DNA from: Sedimentisphaerales bacterium
GTDB taxonomy: Bacteria > Planctomycetota > Phycisphaerae > Sedimentisphaerales > SM23-30
Direction: 5' to 3'
Length of the DNA stretch: 64,000 nucleotides
Assembly (NCBI GenBank): GCA_963663965.2
Contig: CAXXFK010000028.1
Location: forward strand, 224,001-288,000
The position numbers and the translations under genes are program-made. A model generated the notes under the pieces. It saw nothing but the letters and a program-made list of their open reading frames with translations, did no database searches and had not been told where the DNA came from. Below, piece after piece: positions 1 to 10,670 of the stretch (position 1 is the stretch's first letter; each line of letters starts with the position of its first letter).

Positions 1-1347
1 ACCAACCGCTATGGCGGCGGCGACGGCTCCGAATCATCTCCCTATGAAATCTGGACGGTTAGCCATCTACTTGATCTAAGTCAGACTCCCGGCGACTGGG
101 ACATGGCCTTCATACTAATGGCCGACCTGGATCTAACTGGCCATATCTTTGACCAGGCGGTTATCGCGCCCGATACTACGCCGGCAGATTATGACTTCCA
201 GGGCACGCTGTTTACCGGCCGATTTGAGGGCAACGGTAAAACGATCAGCCATTTGAAAATCGTTAGCAATCAGGGCGTAGATTTCGTTGGACTCTTTGGT
301 TGCGTGAACAACGCCCGGATTGGCAACCTGATCCTGTCCAATGCTTCAATCACGCTGAATGGCTACAATTCTTCCGGCGGGACCAGCGTATATGTCGGCG
401 TTCTGGCCGGCCAGACGCAATATTCGATCATTGAAAATTGCTCTTCCAGCGGCCAGATTGTGACCGGCACTACCCCATCCAGTGGCGACACGGCCAGCTT
501 AGTCGGCGGATTGATTGGCCATGCCTACGCCAATTACTGGTGGGAACTTTCCATCGACCGATGCTTCAGCTCAGTGGCTGTCACTGCCGGCTCAACGACT
601 GGCGGTCTGGTCGGCGGCCAGTTGAATTGCACTATTCGTCAAAGCGGATCGCAAGGCGCCGTGAGTGGCCAATGGCTTATTGGCGGCCTGGTGGGCGATT
701 CCGCCGGCATCATCGAACAATGTTACAGCGTTTCTCCGGTCACAGACGCCACCGGCGGTTATTATGTCGGTGGACTGGTCGGGGCCAGCTTTGGCGGCGT
801 CTATGACAGCTATAGCGCCGGCGCTGTTTTCACCACATTATTGAGCCGTCATGTCGGCGGACTGATTGGCCAGGCTTCTGGTTATCTGGAAAGATGCTAC
901 AGTACTTCCCGCCTTTATATGGAAAATGGTTCGATCGATGTCGGCAGCCTGATCGGATACAATTATGACGATCGTGTGGCAACCGATGGCTGTTTCTGGA
1001 GCCAGGCTTTCAGCGGTTATCCCACCAGCGATGGCGGCCAGGAAATCTCCGCGTTAGAAATGCTCAATCCTGCCACTTTCCAGCTTGCCGGCTGGGACTA
1101 TGCTCCCGCCGAAGAAGATGGCACGCCCGCCATCTGGAAGAGCCTGCCCAATGAAGCGCCCATGCTGACATGGCAGTCTTATGAAAAAATGGACCAGCAG
1201 GTGTTTTATTTGCTCAGCCAGTGCTGGCTGCAAACAGAAGTGTCCGGCACGCCCTGCGCTCAGCCCGATCTGACCGGTGATGGCGTGGTGGACGCCTCCG
1301 ACCTGGCCTGGCTGGCCGGGAACTGGCTCACAACTATCCGGCAGTAA
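1..1347 (+). CDS. GLUG-motif extracellular protein with C-terminal dockerin/EF-hand-like module, 5' partial
   Basis: Frame is open from base 1 (TNRYGGGDGSESSPYEI...); FTGRFEGNG motif, repeated VGGLVG motifs, C-terminal DLTGDGVVDASDLAWLAGNWL. Confidence 0.85.
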   Translation, partial: TNRYGGGDGSESSPYEIWTVSHLLDLSQTPGDWDMAFILMADLDLTGHIFDQAVIAPDTTPADYDFQGTLFTGRFEGNGKTISHLKIVSNQGVDFVGLFGCVNNARIGNLILSNASITLNGYNSSGGTSVYVGVLAGQTQYSIIENCSSSGQIVTGTTPSSGDTASLVGGLIGHAYANYWWELSIDRCFSSVAVTAGSTTGGLVGGQLNCTIRQSGSQGAVSGQWLIGGLVGDSAGIIEQCYSVSPVTDATGGYYVGGLVGASFGGVYDSYSAGAVFTTLLSRHVGGLIGQASGYLERCYSTSRLYMENGSIDVGSLIGYNYDDRVATDGCFWSQAFSGYPTSDGGQEISALEMLNPATFQLAGWDYAPAEEDGTPAIWKSLPNEAPMLTWQSYEKMDQQVFYLLSQCWLQTEVSGTPCAQPDLTGDGVVDASDLAWLAGNWLTTIRQ

Positions 1348-1414
1348 ACCATTTGGTTATCCACAGATTACCTGGATTTTCAAAGTTGAAGAAAATATTA
1401 TAAGGAGATTGTTT

Positions 1415-1966
1415 ATGCGAAAGATGGTATTGGTAATGTTGGCAATGTGCGTTCTTTCCTCGGCATTAACTGCGGAGGCCATTTCCGGCCTCAAGTCGCG
1501 CAGCGCTGGCGGTGGATCGGAATACAACACACTGGTCTATCTTTACAGAATTGAAGATTTTGGCACCGGCCCGGCCACGATCGGCATTGTCCGCGACAGC
1601 AACCAGACCCAGATGCGGGTGGACGGCCTGGCCTTTTCCAATCGACTGGGGCTTTGGTGCTTCGATGTCAGCAGCTCATCTCAGTCGGTGCTCCATCAGT
1701 TGGATCCCGCCTATGTCGGCCAGAACAGCGGCAACGGCACCGCCTTTCCCCAGCGGCAATTCTTCGGCGCCGCCTTTGACCGGCTGGACCGCTTATGGGC
1801 GCTGGACCCGGTTCGCGGTGAACTGGCCGTCATTGATATGACTACCAAAACCGAAATCGCCACTATCCCTCTTTATCTGAGTGGCCAGCGCTATACCTAT
1901 ACCCATGCCGGCGGCGATATCGCCTTTCACCCCCAGAAAGGATTATTCCTTATTAACTCAAACTGA
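1415..1966 (+). CDS. Secreted hypothetical protein, beta-propeller-like, possibly 3' truncated
   Basis: AAGGAG SD before ATG 1415; signal peptide MRKMVLVMLAMCVLSSALTAEA; GLAFS/GAAFD/GDIAF blade-like motifs; ends abruptly before AT-rich DNA. Confidence 0.6.
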   Translation: MRKMVLVMLAMCVLSSALTAEAISGLKSRSAGGGSEYNTLVYLYRIEDFGTGPATIGIVRDSNQTQMRVDGLAFSNRLGLWCFDVSSSSQSVLHQLDPAYVGQNSGNGTAFPQRQFFGAAFDRLDRLWALDPVRGELAVIDMTTKTEIATIPLYLSGQRYTYTHAGGDIAFHPQKGLFLINSN

Positions 1967-2192
1967 CCGATGGAAGTGTATTTGGTGACAATAATTATCA
2001 AACAAATTATAAAGATTTACTCTGGATGGTTCTATATGATTTGTATAACATTGGGTATTGTTTTTTAGCTTCTGTAACTTTCAAGGAAGCCACATTATCT
2101 TGTTGTTTTACACAGCATGTCTTGCTTGAAAAGGATGTCTAAATAATTGGACGCATGAGAGATTGTGGACCATAAAGAAAGAAGTAGGTATT

Positions 2193-3431
2193 ATGCATGC
2201 AATTTCCCGATTGAAATTTTATATTTTAATCATAGCGGTTATCGTAATAAATGAATCGCCAACCCGAGCCCAAAGCGCAGAGCGAGAGAAGGTGTTGGAC
2301 AGTTTTTTTCTGTCGGCAGTTGAGCGGGGCAGGATAGCCGGAGTGCATGCGCTGGTCGCGGTAGAAGGCGAGAAGGTGTATGCAAAAACGTTTGGATATG
2401 CCGATATTGAATCCGGACTGGAGTTAAAAGAAGATGCGATATATCGAATTGCGTCGATGACGAAAATTGTGACGGCTATGGCGGCGCTACAGCTTTGGGA
2501 GCAGGGGGTCTATGATTTAGATGATCCGGTGTCAAAATTTCTGCCAGAGTTTAAGAATGCCAAGGTGTTGAAAACAACGGCTGTGAACAGGGATACGCCG
2601 CCTTTCGATATGGAGGAGTTGGAACGAGAGCCGACGATTAGAGACCTGTTTCGGCATACTGCGGGCATCTGGGGTGGGCAGCGGTATACAAATATCGGCC
2701 TTCGGCAGTGGACAGGTACGCTGGACGGTTTTGTCGAACGGTTGATTTCGGTGCCGTTGAACTGTCAACCGGGAACGAAATTTGAATATGGGTATTCGAG
2801 CGATGTGCTTGGATTGTTGATTGAAAAATGGTCAGGCCAGTGCCTGGATGATTATTTCCGGGAGAAAATATTTGAGCCATTGAAGCTGAATGACAGCGGT
2901 TTTGTTATCGAGGACGGGAAACTGGCCCGGTTGGCGAATCATTATCATTTTGACGGAGAGAGGCTGGTATGTAAAGAGAAGAGCGCCGACAGCCCGTTTC
3001 GTAAGCGGGCGAATGCGTTATCTGGGGGTGGAGGATGGGATTACAGCTATCCGGGATTGCTGACATCTATGGATGACTGGCTGGTGATAATGGAATTGAT
3101 ACGCAATTATGGCATTATTGATAAGGTAAGAATCCTGAAGGAAGAAACCATCCGATTAATGTGTTCGGACCAACTTGGCAATATACCCGGAGCGTTTGAA
3201 ATTGGCACCGGTTACGGGTTGGGATTAGGGGTGATAACCGATGGCAAGAAGCACGGGCATCATGCGGCTACCGGGACGGTCTATTGGGCCGGCGGGCCGC
3301 ATAGTACCTATTTCTATATCGACTTTGAGAACAAGATATCGGCGGCAATGTTTATGCAGAGCGGGCCGTTTGATATTGACGGCATGATGAATGAATTTTT
3401 GAGACGGTCGCATCGTTTCTGTGGAGAATAA
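2193..3431 (+). CDS. Serine hydrolase, beta-lactamase class C-like family
   Basis: RIASMTK (SxxK), DLFRHTAG, FEYGYS, YWAG motifs; signal peptide. Confidence 0.9.
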   Translation: MHAISRLKFYILIIAVIVINESPTRAQSAEREKVLDSFFLSAVERGRIAGVHALVAVEGEKVYAKTFGYADIESGLELKEDAIYRIASMTKIVTAMAALQLWEQGVYDLDDPVSKFLPEFKNAKVLKTTAVNRDTPPFDMEELEREPTIRDLFRHTAGIWGGQRYTNIGLRQWTGTLDGFVERLISVPLNCQPGTKFEYGYSSDVLGLLIEKWSGQCLDDYFREKIFEPLKLNDSGFVIEDGKLARLANHYHFDGERLVCKEKSADSPFRKRANALSGGGGWDYSYPGLLTSMDDWLVIMELIRNYGIIDKVRILKEETIRLMCSDQLGNIPGAFEIGTGYGLGLGVITDGKKHGHHAATGTVYWAGGPHSTYFYIDFENKISAAMFMQSGPFDIDGMMNEFLRRSHRFCGE

Positions 3432-3527
3432 AGTATTTGAGAACAATTTCTCTCAATCTCTCTGGTTATCTTAAGCATAATGGTTAACAAACAACTTAGA
3501 ACTTCTTGAAGGAAATTATTTTATTAT

Positions 3528-4043
3528 ATGTTTTTAGATGTATGGAACAATTTTTACCCAAATTGTGTACCGTTGCCTTGGATTACACGCGATGTCTATA
3601 GTGATATATGGTTTCGGATCTACAGTCTCCCAAAAGGTAAGCGCTATGCTGAAACCAGCCAAGAACGTAAAATAATAGCCACACGTCATAACATTATAGC
3701 AAAAGAAGTTTTAGGTGAAGGTTCTTTATGCTGGGTGGCGTGGAATTGTGATAAGAAGGCAGGAAATTTTATTGGTCATAAAGTTTGCGATTATGAGGAC
3801 GAGTGGACAGATACCACAGTTTATGCAACCCAAACAATATGGAAATCTAATAGTCATGATGACTTCATCTTAAAAGTTGCTGATGACGAGCTTTCATCAT
3901 CCATCTTTTTGAATAGTCAATCAGGTGACATTTATGCTCCATATGATGGTGGTGCAGATATATTTATTCGCGACAGCAATAAGAAAATTGAATTGGAACG
4001 CAAATTAATAAAATGGCTTTCTCCGCTTGAAAGTGGCTTATAA
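3528..4043 (+). CDS. DUF3885-like hypothetical protein (AT-rich)
   Basis: WFRIYSLPKGKRYAET and APYDGGADIF motifs. Confidence 0.65.
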   Translation: MFLDVWNNFYPNCVPLPWITRDVYSDIWFRIYSLPKGKRYAETSQERKIIATRHNIIAKEVLGEGSLCWVAWNCDKKAGNFIGHKVCDYEDEWTDTTVYATQTIWKSNSHDDFILKVADDELSSSIFLNSQSGDIYAPYDGGADIFIRDSNKKIELERKLIKWLSPLESGL

Positions 4044-4193
4044 AACAGACCTGGAAAATCAGAAACTGATTTGACATATTCCTTTGTGGGAGTGTTAGGA
4101 ATCTTTCTCTCATTGTTTATTCGTCTTTCATCTGTTAATCATTGGGTTACTTTTTTTACTTATACAAGTCGGAGTATCGCGAAATTATACTGC

Positions 4194-4221
4194 TTGTAAT
4201 AACCTGTGATATTGCTATAAT
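4194..4221 (+). promoter_or_regulatory. Putative sigma70 promoter of the GH92 gene
   Basis: TTGTAA-16 nt-TATAAT with extended TGn -10. Confidence 0.5.
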
Positions 4222-4316
4222 TTACGCTGTAAAAAAGATCTTCAAGAGAGTGGTCAGAGCGTAAAATCGGCCCTAAGAACGAAAGCTCACAATATTTTTA
4301 TTGGAAAGAATTAAAA

Positions 4317-6671
4317 ATGGCAAAATGGTTGAGTGTGATATGGATCGTTTTGGGTGTGTTATTGACAGGTTGTCAGAGTTTCAATCCTGCAACAAAATTA
4401 GAGCTTGATCCGGTCGATTATGTGAATCCCATAATCGGAACCCATGATATGGGGCACTGTTATCCGGGCGCCACGGTTCCGTTTGGCATGGTGCAGTTGA
4501 GCCCGGACACCGATATCCAGCCTTATAGTCTGGGCGACGGTTACAATCCCAAGGCCTATGCCTATTGCGCGGGCTATCAATATCAGGACAGCACGATTGT
4601 GGGGTTCAGTCACACGCATTTCAGCGGTACGGGCCACTCGGACCTGGGTGATATCCTGGTCATGCCGACCGTGGGGCCGATCCAACTGGAGCCGGGCACC
4701 CGGGAAGCTCCGGAGAGCGGCTATCGCAGCCGGTTTTCTCATGACAGGGAAACCGCAAAGCCGGGTTATTATTCGGTGCATCTGGATGACTATGATATTG
4801 ATGTGGAACTGACGGCCACCGAACGGGTGGGTTTGCATAAGGTGACCTTTCCCAAGGGGGCAGATGCCCATGTCATTCTGGATCTGACCGCGGGGATTTA
4901 TAACTACGACGGCAAGGTGGTCTGGTCCTCGGTCCGGGTCGAAAATGACCGCCTGATAACCGGCTATCGCCAGACCAATGGCTGGGCCCGCACCCGCTAT
5001 GTTTTTTTTGCCATGGAATTTTCCCGGCCCTTTACCGCTTACGGTTTGAAAAATGATGAGCAGGAGATCTATAGGGGTTGGTGGCGCAAGTTCAAGATGG
5101 ATGATAATTTTCCGGAACGAACCGGGAAAAAAATCAAGTGCCACTTCGACTTCGATACTAAGACGAATTCAGAAATACTGGTTAAGGTCGCTTTATCGTC
5201 AGTGAGCACCCAGGGGGCGCTGGCCAATCTCCGGGCAGAGATGCCGGAGTGGGATTTTGATCAAGTGGCCGCATCCGCTCGAACTAAGTGGAACCGGGAA
5301 CTGTCCAAGATCCAGGTGGCCGGGGCCAGGGACCGGATGGTCAGCTTTTACACCTCGCTGTATCACAGCTTTTTGAGTCCGATTATCTATGCGGATGTGG
5401 ATGGCCGCTATCGCGGGCTGGATCAAAACATCCATCAACCGGATACGTTTACCAATTACACCATCTTCTCCCTGTGGGATACCTACCGGGCACTCCATCC
5501 CTTTTTTACGATCGTGCAGCAGCAGCGGACCCGTGACATGGTCAACTCCATGCTGGCCCATTACCAGCAGAGCGTCCATAAGATTTTGCCGGTGTGGTCG
5601 CATTATGCCAATGACAACTGGTGTATGATCGGTTACCACGCCGTGCCGGTGATTGTGGATGCTTATCTGAAGGGCATTGGCGGTTTTGACAGAGACACGG
5701 CCTTGGAGGCGGTCGTCTCCAGCGCCACTTACGGTCCCTATGATGGGATTGACTCTTATGAAAAATATGGGTATGTCCCGGAAGACAAAAGCGGCAGTTC
5801 CGCTTCCAAGACCCTGGAGTACGCGTACGATGACTGGACGATCGCTCAGTTTGCCGAAGCATTGGGCAGGCAGGATATCGCCAGGGAATTTCTCAAACGG
5901 GCCGGCAACTACAAAAACATCTTCGATCCGGAAACCGGATTTATGCGCGCCAGGTTATCGGATGGCTCTTTCAAGACGCCCTTCGATCCCATGAGTACCC
6001 ACGGCCAGGGCTATATTGAAGGCAATGCCTGGAACTATTCGCTCTATGTTCCCCATGATCCCAAAGGTTTTATCCAACTGCTGGGAGGGGACCAGAAACT
6101 GGTGACCTGGTTGGATACTCTATTTACCATGGAGGTTTCCGATGAGGATATTGCCGGCAGCGAGGATGTCACACGCGTGGGGATGATTGGTAATTATGTG
6201 CACGGCAATGAACCCAGCCACCATGTGCCCTACCTGTATTGCTATGCGGGACAGCCCTGGAAAACCCAGGAGCGGGTGCATCAGATCGTCAACACGATGT
6301 ACAAACCCACCTATGACGGCCTGTGCGGTAATGACGATTGCGGCCAGATGTCGGCCTGGTACCTGTTCAGCTGCCTGGGCTTCTATCCCGTCGCCCCGGG
6401 CAGTAACCAGTATGTCATCGGCAGCCCCTGTGTTGACAGGGCTGTGATCCATCTGGAAAACAGGAAACAATTTGTTATGGAGGCCCCAAACCTGACTCTT
6501 GAAAATATCTATATTCAGTCTGTGACTCTCAATGGCAAGCCTCTGGAACGATGCTATCTCTGGCATAAGGAGATCGTCGGAGGCGGAAAGTTGATTTTCA
6601 ATATGGGCCCGGTTCCCAATCGAAAATGGGCAGTATCGCAGGAGGCCCGCCCGTATTCCATGACTCGATAA
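4317..6671 (+). CDS. GH92 alpha-mannosidase, lipoprotein
   Basis: PGATVPFGMVQLSPDT, FSLWDTYR, EGNAWNY, HGNEPSHH, GNDDCGQMSAWY; lipobox LLTGC. Confidence 0.95.
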   Translation: MAKWLSVIWIVLGVLLTGCQSFNPATKLELDPVDYVNPIIGTHDMGHCYPGATVPFGMVQLSPDTDIQPYSLGDGYNPKAYAYCAGYQYQDSTIVGFSHTHFSGTGHSDLGDILVMPTVGPIQLEPGTREAPESGYRSRFSHDRETAKPGYYSVHLDDYDIDVELTATERVGLHKVTFPKGADAHVILDLTAGIYNYDGKVVWSSVRVENDRLITGYRQTNGWARTRYVFFAMEFSRPFTAYGLKNDEQEIYRGWWRKFKMDDNFPERTGKKIKCHFDFDTKTNSEILVKVALSSVSTQGALANLRAEMPEWDFDQVAASARTKWNRELSKIQVAGARDRMVSFYTSLYHSFLSPIIYADVDGRYRGLDQNIHQPDTFTNYTIFSLWDTYRALHPFFTIVQQQRTRDMVNSMLAHYQQSVHKILPVWSHYANDNWCMIGYHAVPVIVDAYLKGIGGFDRDTALEAVVSSATYGPYDGIDSYEKYGYVPEDKSGSSASKTLEYAYDDWTIAQFAEALGRQDIAREFLKRAGNYKNIFDPETGFMRARLSDGSFKTPFDPMSTHGQGYIEGNAWNYSLYVPHDPKGFIQLLGGDQKLVTWLDTLFTMEVSDEDIAGSEDVTRVGMIGNYVHGNEPSHHVPYLYCYAGQPWKTQERVHQIVNTMYKPTYDGLCGNDDCGQMSAWYLFSCLGFYPVAPGSNQYVIGSPCVDRAVIHLENRKQFVMEAPNLTLENIYIQSVTLNGKPLERCYLWHKEIVGGGKLIFNMGPVPNRKWAVSQEARPYSMTR

Positions 6672-6742
6672 AGCGGTTGTCGCTGAGTTGACTAGTTGGC
6701 GGCTCAAATTAAATGTTTACAGCATTAGATTAATATGCCTTA

Positions 6743-6920
6743 GGGACCGTAAATAAATAACTACTTCATTTTTCATCCCATCTTACCGCCATCTTCAGCC
6801 GCTTCTCAATCGCGAAATCCTCGACATAGCATCGCACTGCCTGCGGTTTCGCTCAATCGGCGCATCTGAATCTGACGACAAGCTGTGCGATCAATGAAGC
6901 GTTTATTTATATACGGACCC
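6743..6920. mobile_element. MITE-like non-autonomous element
   Basis: Terminal inverted repeats GGGACCGTAAATAAATAA / TTATTTATATACGGACCC (16/18 match, extending imperfectly to CTTCATT/AATGAAG); TTA on both flanks; lies between convergent genes. Confidence 0.75.
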
Positions 6921-6933
6921 TTAGGATGCGTTG

Positions 6934-8757
6934 CTATTTATCCTTTCCGCCTCCCAGCAGGTTTTTAAGCCCGTCCTTTAGATTGTCTGTTTTGATGATA
7001 TCTTTGATTTCCTCGGGGACCTTATCGCCGAGATTTTTTTCAAGCTGTTTGTTGACTTCTTCGGCCAGTCTGGCTTTGCCGGCCTGTTTGAGCTTGTCCG
7101 TAAACGTTTTGCTGAGCGCTTCACTGTCAAAGGCTATTCTGGGCTCTGTAACAGGGCCAACAATCTGTATGGTCAGGTCCAGATTGTCCATCACTTTAAG
7201 GACTTCGGCCGATGTCTTTTGGTCGAGCCCAAACAGGCCCTTTTCGCCAGCACCGGCCTGCATGTCTTTAATGTTCACGTTTAGCGCCAGATCAACCCGA
7301 TCCCTGGTCAATCGGCCCTCGATGGTACCCGAGGCTTTACCGCCGCTGAACTGCACCGCATTACTGCGGTTCAACTCAGACTGCATCAGGGCCATGTCGA
7401 TCCCTTCAAACATCCCGCTGATTTTGCCAGGTTCCTCGTCTGACTCGAAATGCCAGATGAGTTTGACGTGAGCGCCGCCGCTTTGTGACTGGATATCCAT
7501 CTCGATCGGTAAGCCGGCCGCCGCCGGGGCGTTACTGACGTTGGCGACTGTAATCGTACTCAGCCCGAACTGGTTAATATCCAGTTCCACCTTGTCGGCA
7601 ATAATTTTCTTTGCCAGCATTTTAACCGTGGGCGACTGGGCTGATTTGGCCGTCAGATAGTCCAGGTATCTCTGCGGCGTTGTCGGCTCTGCGTCTATCT
7701 CTGACTTCGGAATCCAGCGGCGAATTTTAGCGATCCATTCCTTGATCTTTTTGGCATTTTCAAAGTATTTATCGAGCGTGCCCAGGTCAACATTATCAAC
7801 GTCCGAGTCGGTCTGCCCGGACGAAGAGGACTCCTGCTGCGGCTTTTCAATAACCTGACCTGGTGTATCCCGCTTCTGATCGAACTTTATATCCGAGACC
7901 AGGATCTCATCCATCACCAGCCGGCCTACGGATAGATCATAGACATTGGCCTGAGCGGCAACCTGCCCGATCTGAACCTTGTTCTGCGTCGGATTTTCCC
8001 TGTCTGTCATCCCGATGGCGGCAATCGATACCTTTCCCGTCGCCGGAGAAAGATTTAACGACTCAATGTCTACCGTGGCGCCGTTGATCGCCGTCAAGGC
8101 CTTGGATGCCCTGTTGCTAATCATCGTGTCTTTCATGAATAGGATCAGTGCGATAAAGATCATCAGAATCAGCACGGCCAGGGCCGCACCTGCCTTTCTC
8201 AAATAGACCGTTTTGGCCTCCAACGCCGTTTTGGCATCTTTCGCCCGTTTGCCGATCAAGATCCGGTCCATGATTTTGACATGCCGTTTGGATTGCCAGT
8301 TAACAAATTTTTCGGAACTATTTTCAAGTTTTTGCCAGGTCTTGCGGAAACCGAGGATCATATACCCGACGATTACGCCGAGGATGATCCCGTCTACAGG
8401 CCCACTCACAACAGCCCCCACCACAGCCGGTCGATTAAAGTCGGTCAGTCCAATAATCGGGATCATGCTCAGGATTTGCAGCAGCCAGGCCACGTGGTCC
8501 TGTATATACAACCCTATATGATAGAGAATCGGCGCCGTGGCCCAACAGCAGGATTTGCCCAATCCGGCAAAGAGCAAAAACAGGCCTGTCGGCACATTTA
8601 AGAAAACCAAGGCGATCAAAATCACGGCATGAACACCTGAAAATCCCGGAATCAGTCCGAACCAGAAACCCAATCCCACAGCAATACCGGCCAGAACCGG
8701 TGAGACCTGTCCGCGAAACAAAGCCACCAACTTGCGAATTTTCTTCAGAAAGGCCAT
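6934..8757 (-). CDS. Membrane protein: TIGR03546/DUF2062-like N-terminus fused to TIGR03545/AsmA-like domain
   Basis: N-terminal hydrophobic helices with GFWFGLIP and FNRPAVVG; a further TM helix, then beta-rich AINGATVDI...GPVTEPRI region. Confidence 0.7.
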   Translation of the reverse strand: MAFLKKIRKLVALFRGQVSPVLAGIAVGLGFWFGLIPGFSGVHAVILIALVFLNVPTGLFLLFAGLGKSCCWATAPILYHIGLYIQDHVAWLLQILSMIPIIGLTDFNRPAVVGAVVSGPVDGIILGVIVGYMILGFRKTWQKLENSSEKFVNWQSKRHVKIMDRILIGKRAKDAKTALEAKTVYLRKAGAALAVLILMIFIALILFMKDTMISNRASKALTAINGATVDIESLNLSPATGKVSIAAIGMTDRENPTQNKVQIGQVAAQANVYDLSVGRLVMDEILVSDIKFDQKRDTPGQVIEKPQQESSSSGQTDSDVDNVDLGTLDKYFENAKKIKEWIAKIRRWIPKSEIDAEPTTPQRYLDYLTAKSAQSPTVKMLAKKIIADKVELDINQFGLSTITVANVSNAPAAAGLPIEMDIQSQSGGAHVKLIWHFESDEEPGKISGMFEGIDMALMQSELNRSNAVQFSGGKASGTIEGRLTRDRVDLALNVNIKDMQAGAGEKGLFGLDQKTSAEVLKVMDNLDLTIQIVGPVTEPRIAFDSEALSKTFTDKLKQAGKARLAEEVNKQLEKNLGDKVPEEIKDIIKTDNLKDGLKNLLGGGKDK

Positions 8758-9123
8758 ACGATTTCTCCTGTGTATAAAAAGACTGTATGATGGTCATTGT
8801 ATCAAAGAGCGTCAAACAGGGGCGGGAGCACCTATGTCTGACAGTTCCCATTTAAACGCTCAAAGACTATAAATTTTTCTTAACGACATCGACAATTTTA
8901 CAAACTTCATTGCCACAGGATCAAGAAAAATCCATTCCATACCCGTTTTTTCACAAAATCCCGTAAATAGACGGTTTTCTCCTGTTGTGATTTTGTGGTA
9001 TAATTTCTACAATTAGACCAGGTACTATACTATCTGGCAGATGGCTGCCGGACTGTAACTTGCTTATCGTGTTCTAGCTTCTGCAGGGTGAAAAGAAAAT
9101 AAATCAAAAAGCGGGGCCGCCTT

Positions 9124-9939
9124 ATGAAAGCATCTGAGAAACCGCCGATAAAAATTCAGATTATCGAGATGACACCGGAGGATGCCGGTACGGCGGCATT
9201 ATGCGGGCATAAAGATCCGGGCAAGGGGTGTTATCAACACAAGTTTCAGTGGCTCAAACAACGCATGGCTGAAGGCTTGAAGGTGAAACTGCTCAAGACG
9301 CCGGCGGATGGTTTTGTCGGTTACATCGAGTATGTGCCGGGTGAATACGCCTGGCGGGCGGTGAACGCTGAGGGTTACCTGTTTATTCACTGCATCTACA
9401 TCGGGAAAAAAAGTTGCAAGGGCAGAGGGTATGGAACATTGCTGATTCAGGCGTGTGAGCAGGATGCCGGGAAAGCCGATATGAACGGTGTGGCCGTGGT
9501 CACGCGCCAGGGGACCTGGATGGCAGACAAGGAATTATTCCTCAAGAACGGGTTCGAAGAGGTGGAGCAGGCGGAACCGGATTTTTCTCTGCTGATGAAG
9601 AAATTTAAGCCATCCGCGCCCACACCGGGTTTTAAGGGTCAGTGGGATAAGAAGCGAAAGAAATACGGCAAAGGTCTGACTATTATTACTTCCGGCCAGT
9701 GCCCTCACAATTTGAAAATGGTAAACGATATTACCGGGATCGCCCAGGAGCAATACGGTATCGAACCAAAGATTATTGAGTATAAAAACTGCCGGCAGGC
9801 CCAGAACGCGCCCTGGCCCTATGCTGTTTCCGGCGTGCTCTATAATGGCAAACTGGTTGCCGATCATCCCATCAGCGGCACGAGATTTAAGGCTATCATG
9901 GAAAAAGAGGCAGGAATAGCGGCCATTAAGAAAAGCTGA
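9124..9939 (+). CDS. GNAT acetyltransferase with YoaP-like C-terminal domain
   Basis: GYIEYVPGEYAWR, KGRGYGTLL acetyl-CoA motif, QCPH and AQNAP...YNGK. Confidence 0.85.
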   Translation: MKASEKPPIKIQIIEMTPEDAGTAALCGHKDPGKGCYQHKFQWLKQRMAEGLKVKLLKTPADGFVGYIEYVPGEYAWRAVNAEGYLFIHCIYIGKKSCKGRGYGTLLIQACEQDAGKADMNGVAVVTRQGTWMADKELFLKNGFEEVEQAEPDFSLLMKKFKPSAPTPGFKGQWDKKRKKYGKGLTIITSGQCPHNLKMVNDITGIAQEQYGIEPKIIEYKNCRQAQNAPWPYAVSGVLYNGKLVADHPISGTRFKAIMEKEAGIAAIKKS

Positions 9940-10078
9940 TTGGTAAGGCCGGAATTAGGGTGATGAAGCAGGTCTGGTTCTTCCTGACAGCATTCCGCAG
10001 CCCTGGACCGGCAGTGCCGGAGCCAAAAAAGCGTGGGAATCATTGATTTGTTTCAATGGGGAGGCTCTTGAGGATCAT

Positions 10079-10113
10079 CGGCCTCGCTACAAAAATTATT
10101 TTGCCAGGCACGC
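10079..10113. repeat. Partial copy (right end) of the 38146-38324 element
   Basis: CGGCCTCGCTACAAAAATTATTTTGCCAGGCACGC+TAA versus CGGTCTCGCTACAAAAATCATTTTGTCAGGCACTC+TAA. Confidence 0.7.
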
Positions 10114-10637
10114 TAAATCGGTTCGTCCGGCCCGGCTTCATCTTCCGGACGCCTATCTTCCGTTGAAACGCGCCCCTGGGAGCCAGCGCCTTTGAGTTCA
10201 TCGATGAATACGCGAAAGTATCGCAAGCTCGACAGGACCAGCGCCAATCCGATCGCGATATACAAAATGGCCAGATACTGCCTGGGCAGGGTGGAATGAC
10301 GCAACAGCCGGCCCATCGTCACCATCACGATAATCAGAAAATAATTTCTCCAGGTAAAAAATGAGAATACACACCGACTGCCCGCCAGCGACAGGATGCG
10401 GGCGATATTTTTCGCGGCTATCCGGCTGAATCCCAGATGATGAATCAGTACAGCCGCCGCCACACCCGATCCGACACACACCAGGCTTACGGCACGCTGC
10501 CCCCCGGTCAGCCAAAACCCTGCCAGAACCAGCAAAAGAACTCCCACGCCCAGCCAGGCCAAGCCTGCCAGCGCCAGCAAAAAACGCCGCGGCACTGCCG
10601 GTTTGAACCTGTCCATTTTTTTCATTGCGTTTTCCAT
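10113..10637 (-). CDS. Hypothetical integral membrane protein (about 4 TM)
   Basis: Four hydrophobic segments; CVFSFFTWRNY motif. Confidence 0.7.
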   Translation of the reverse strand: MENAMKKMDRFKPAVPRRFLLALAGLAWLGVGVLLLVLAGFWLTGGQRAVSLVCVGSGVAAAVLIHHLGFSRIAAKNIARILSLAGSRCVFSFFTWRNYFLIIVMVTMGRLLRHSTLPRQYLAILYIAIGLALVLSSLRYFRVFIDELKGAGSQGRVSTEDRRPEDEAGPDEPI

Positions 10638-10670
10638 TTGAGTTCTTAAAGGGCTGATTGAAACCTGGGT

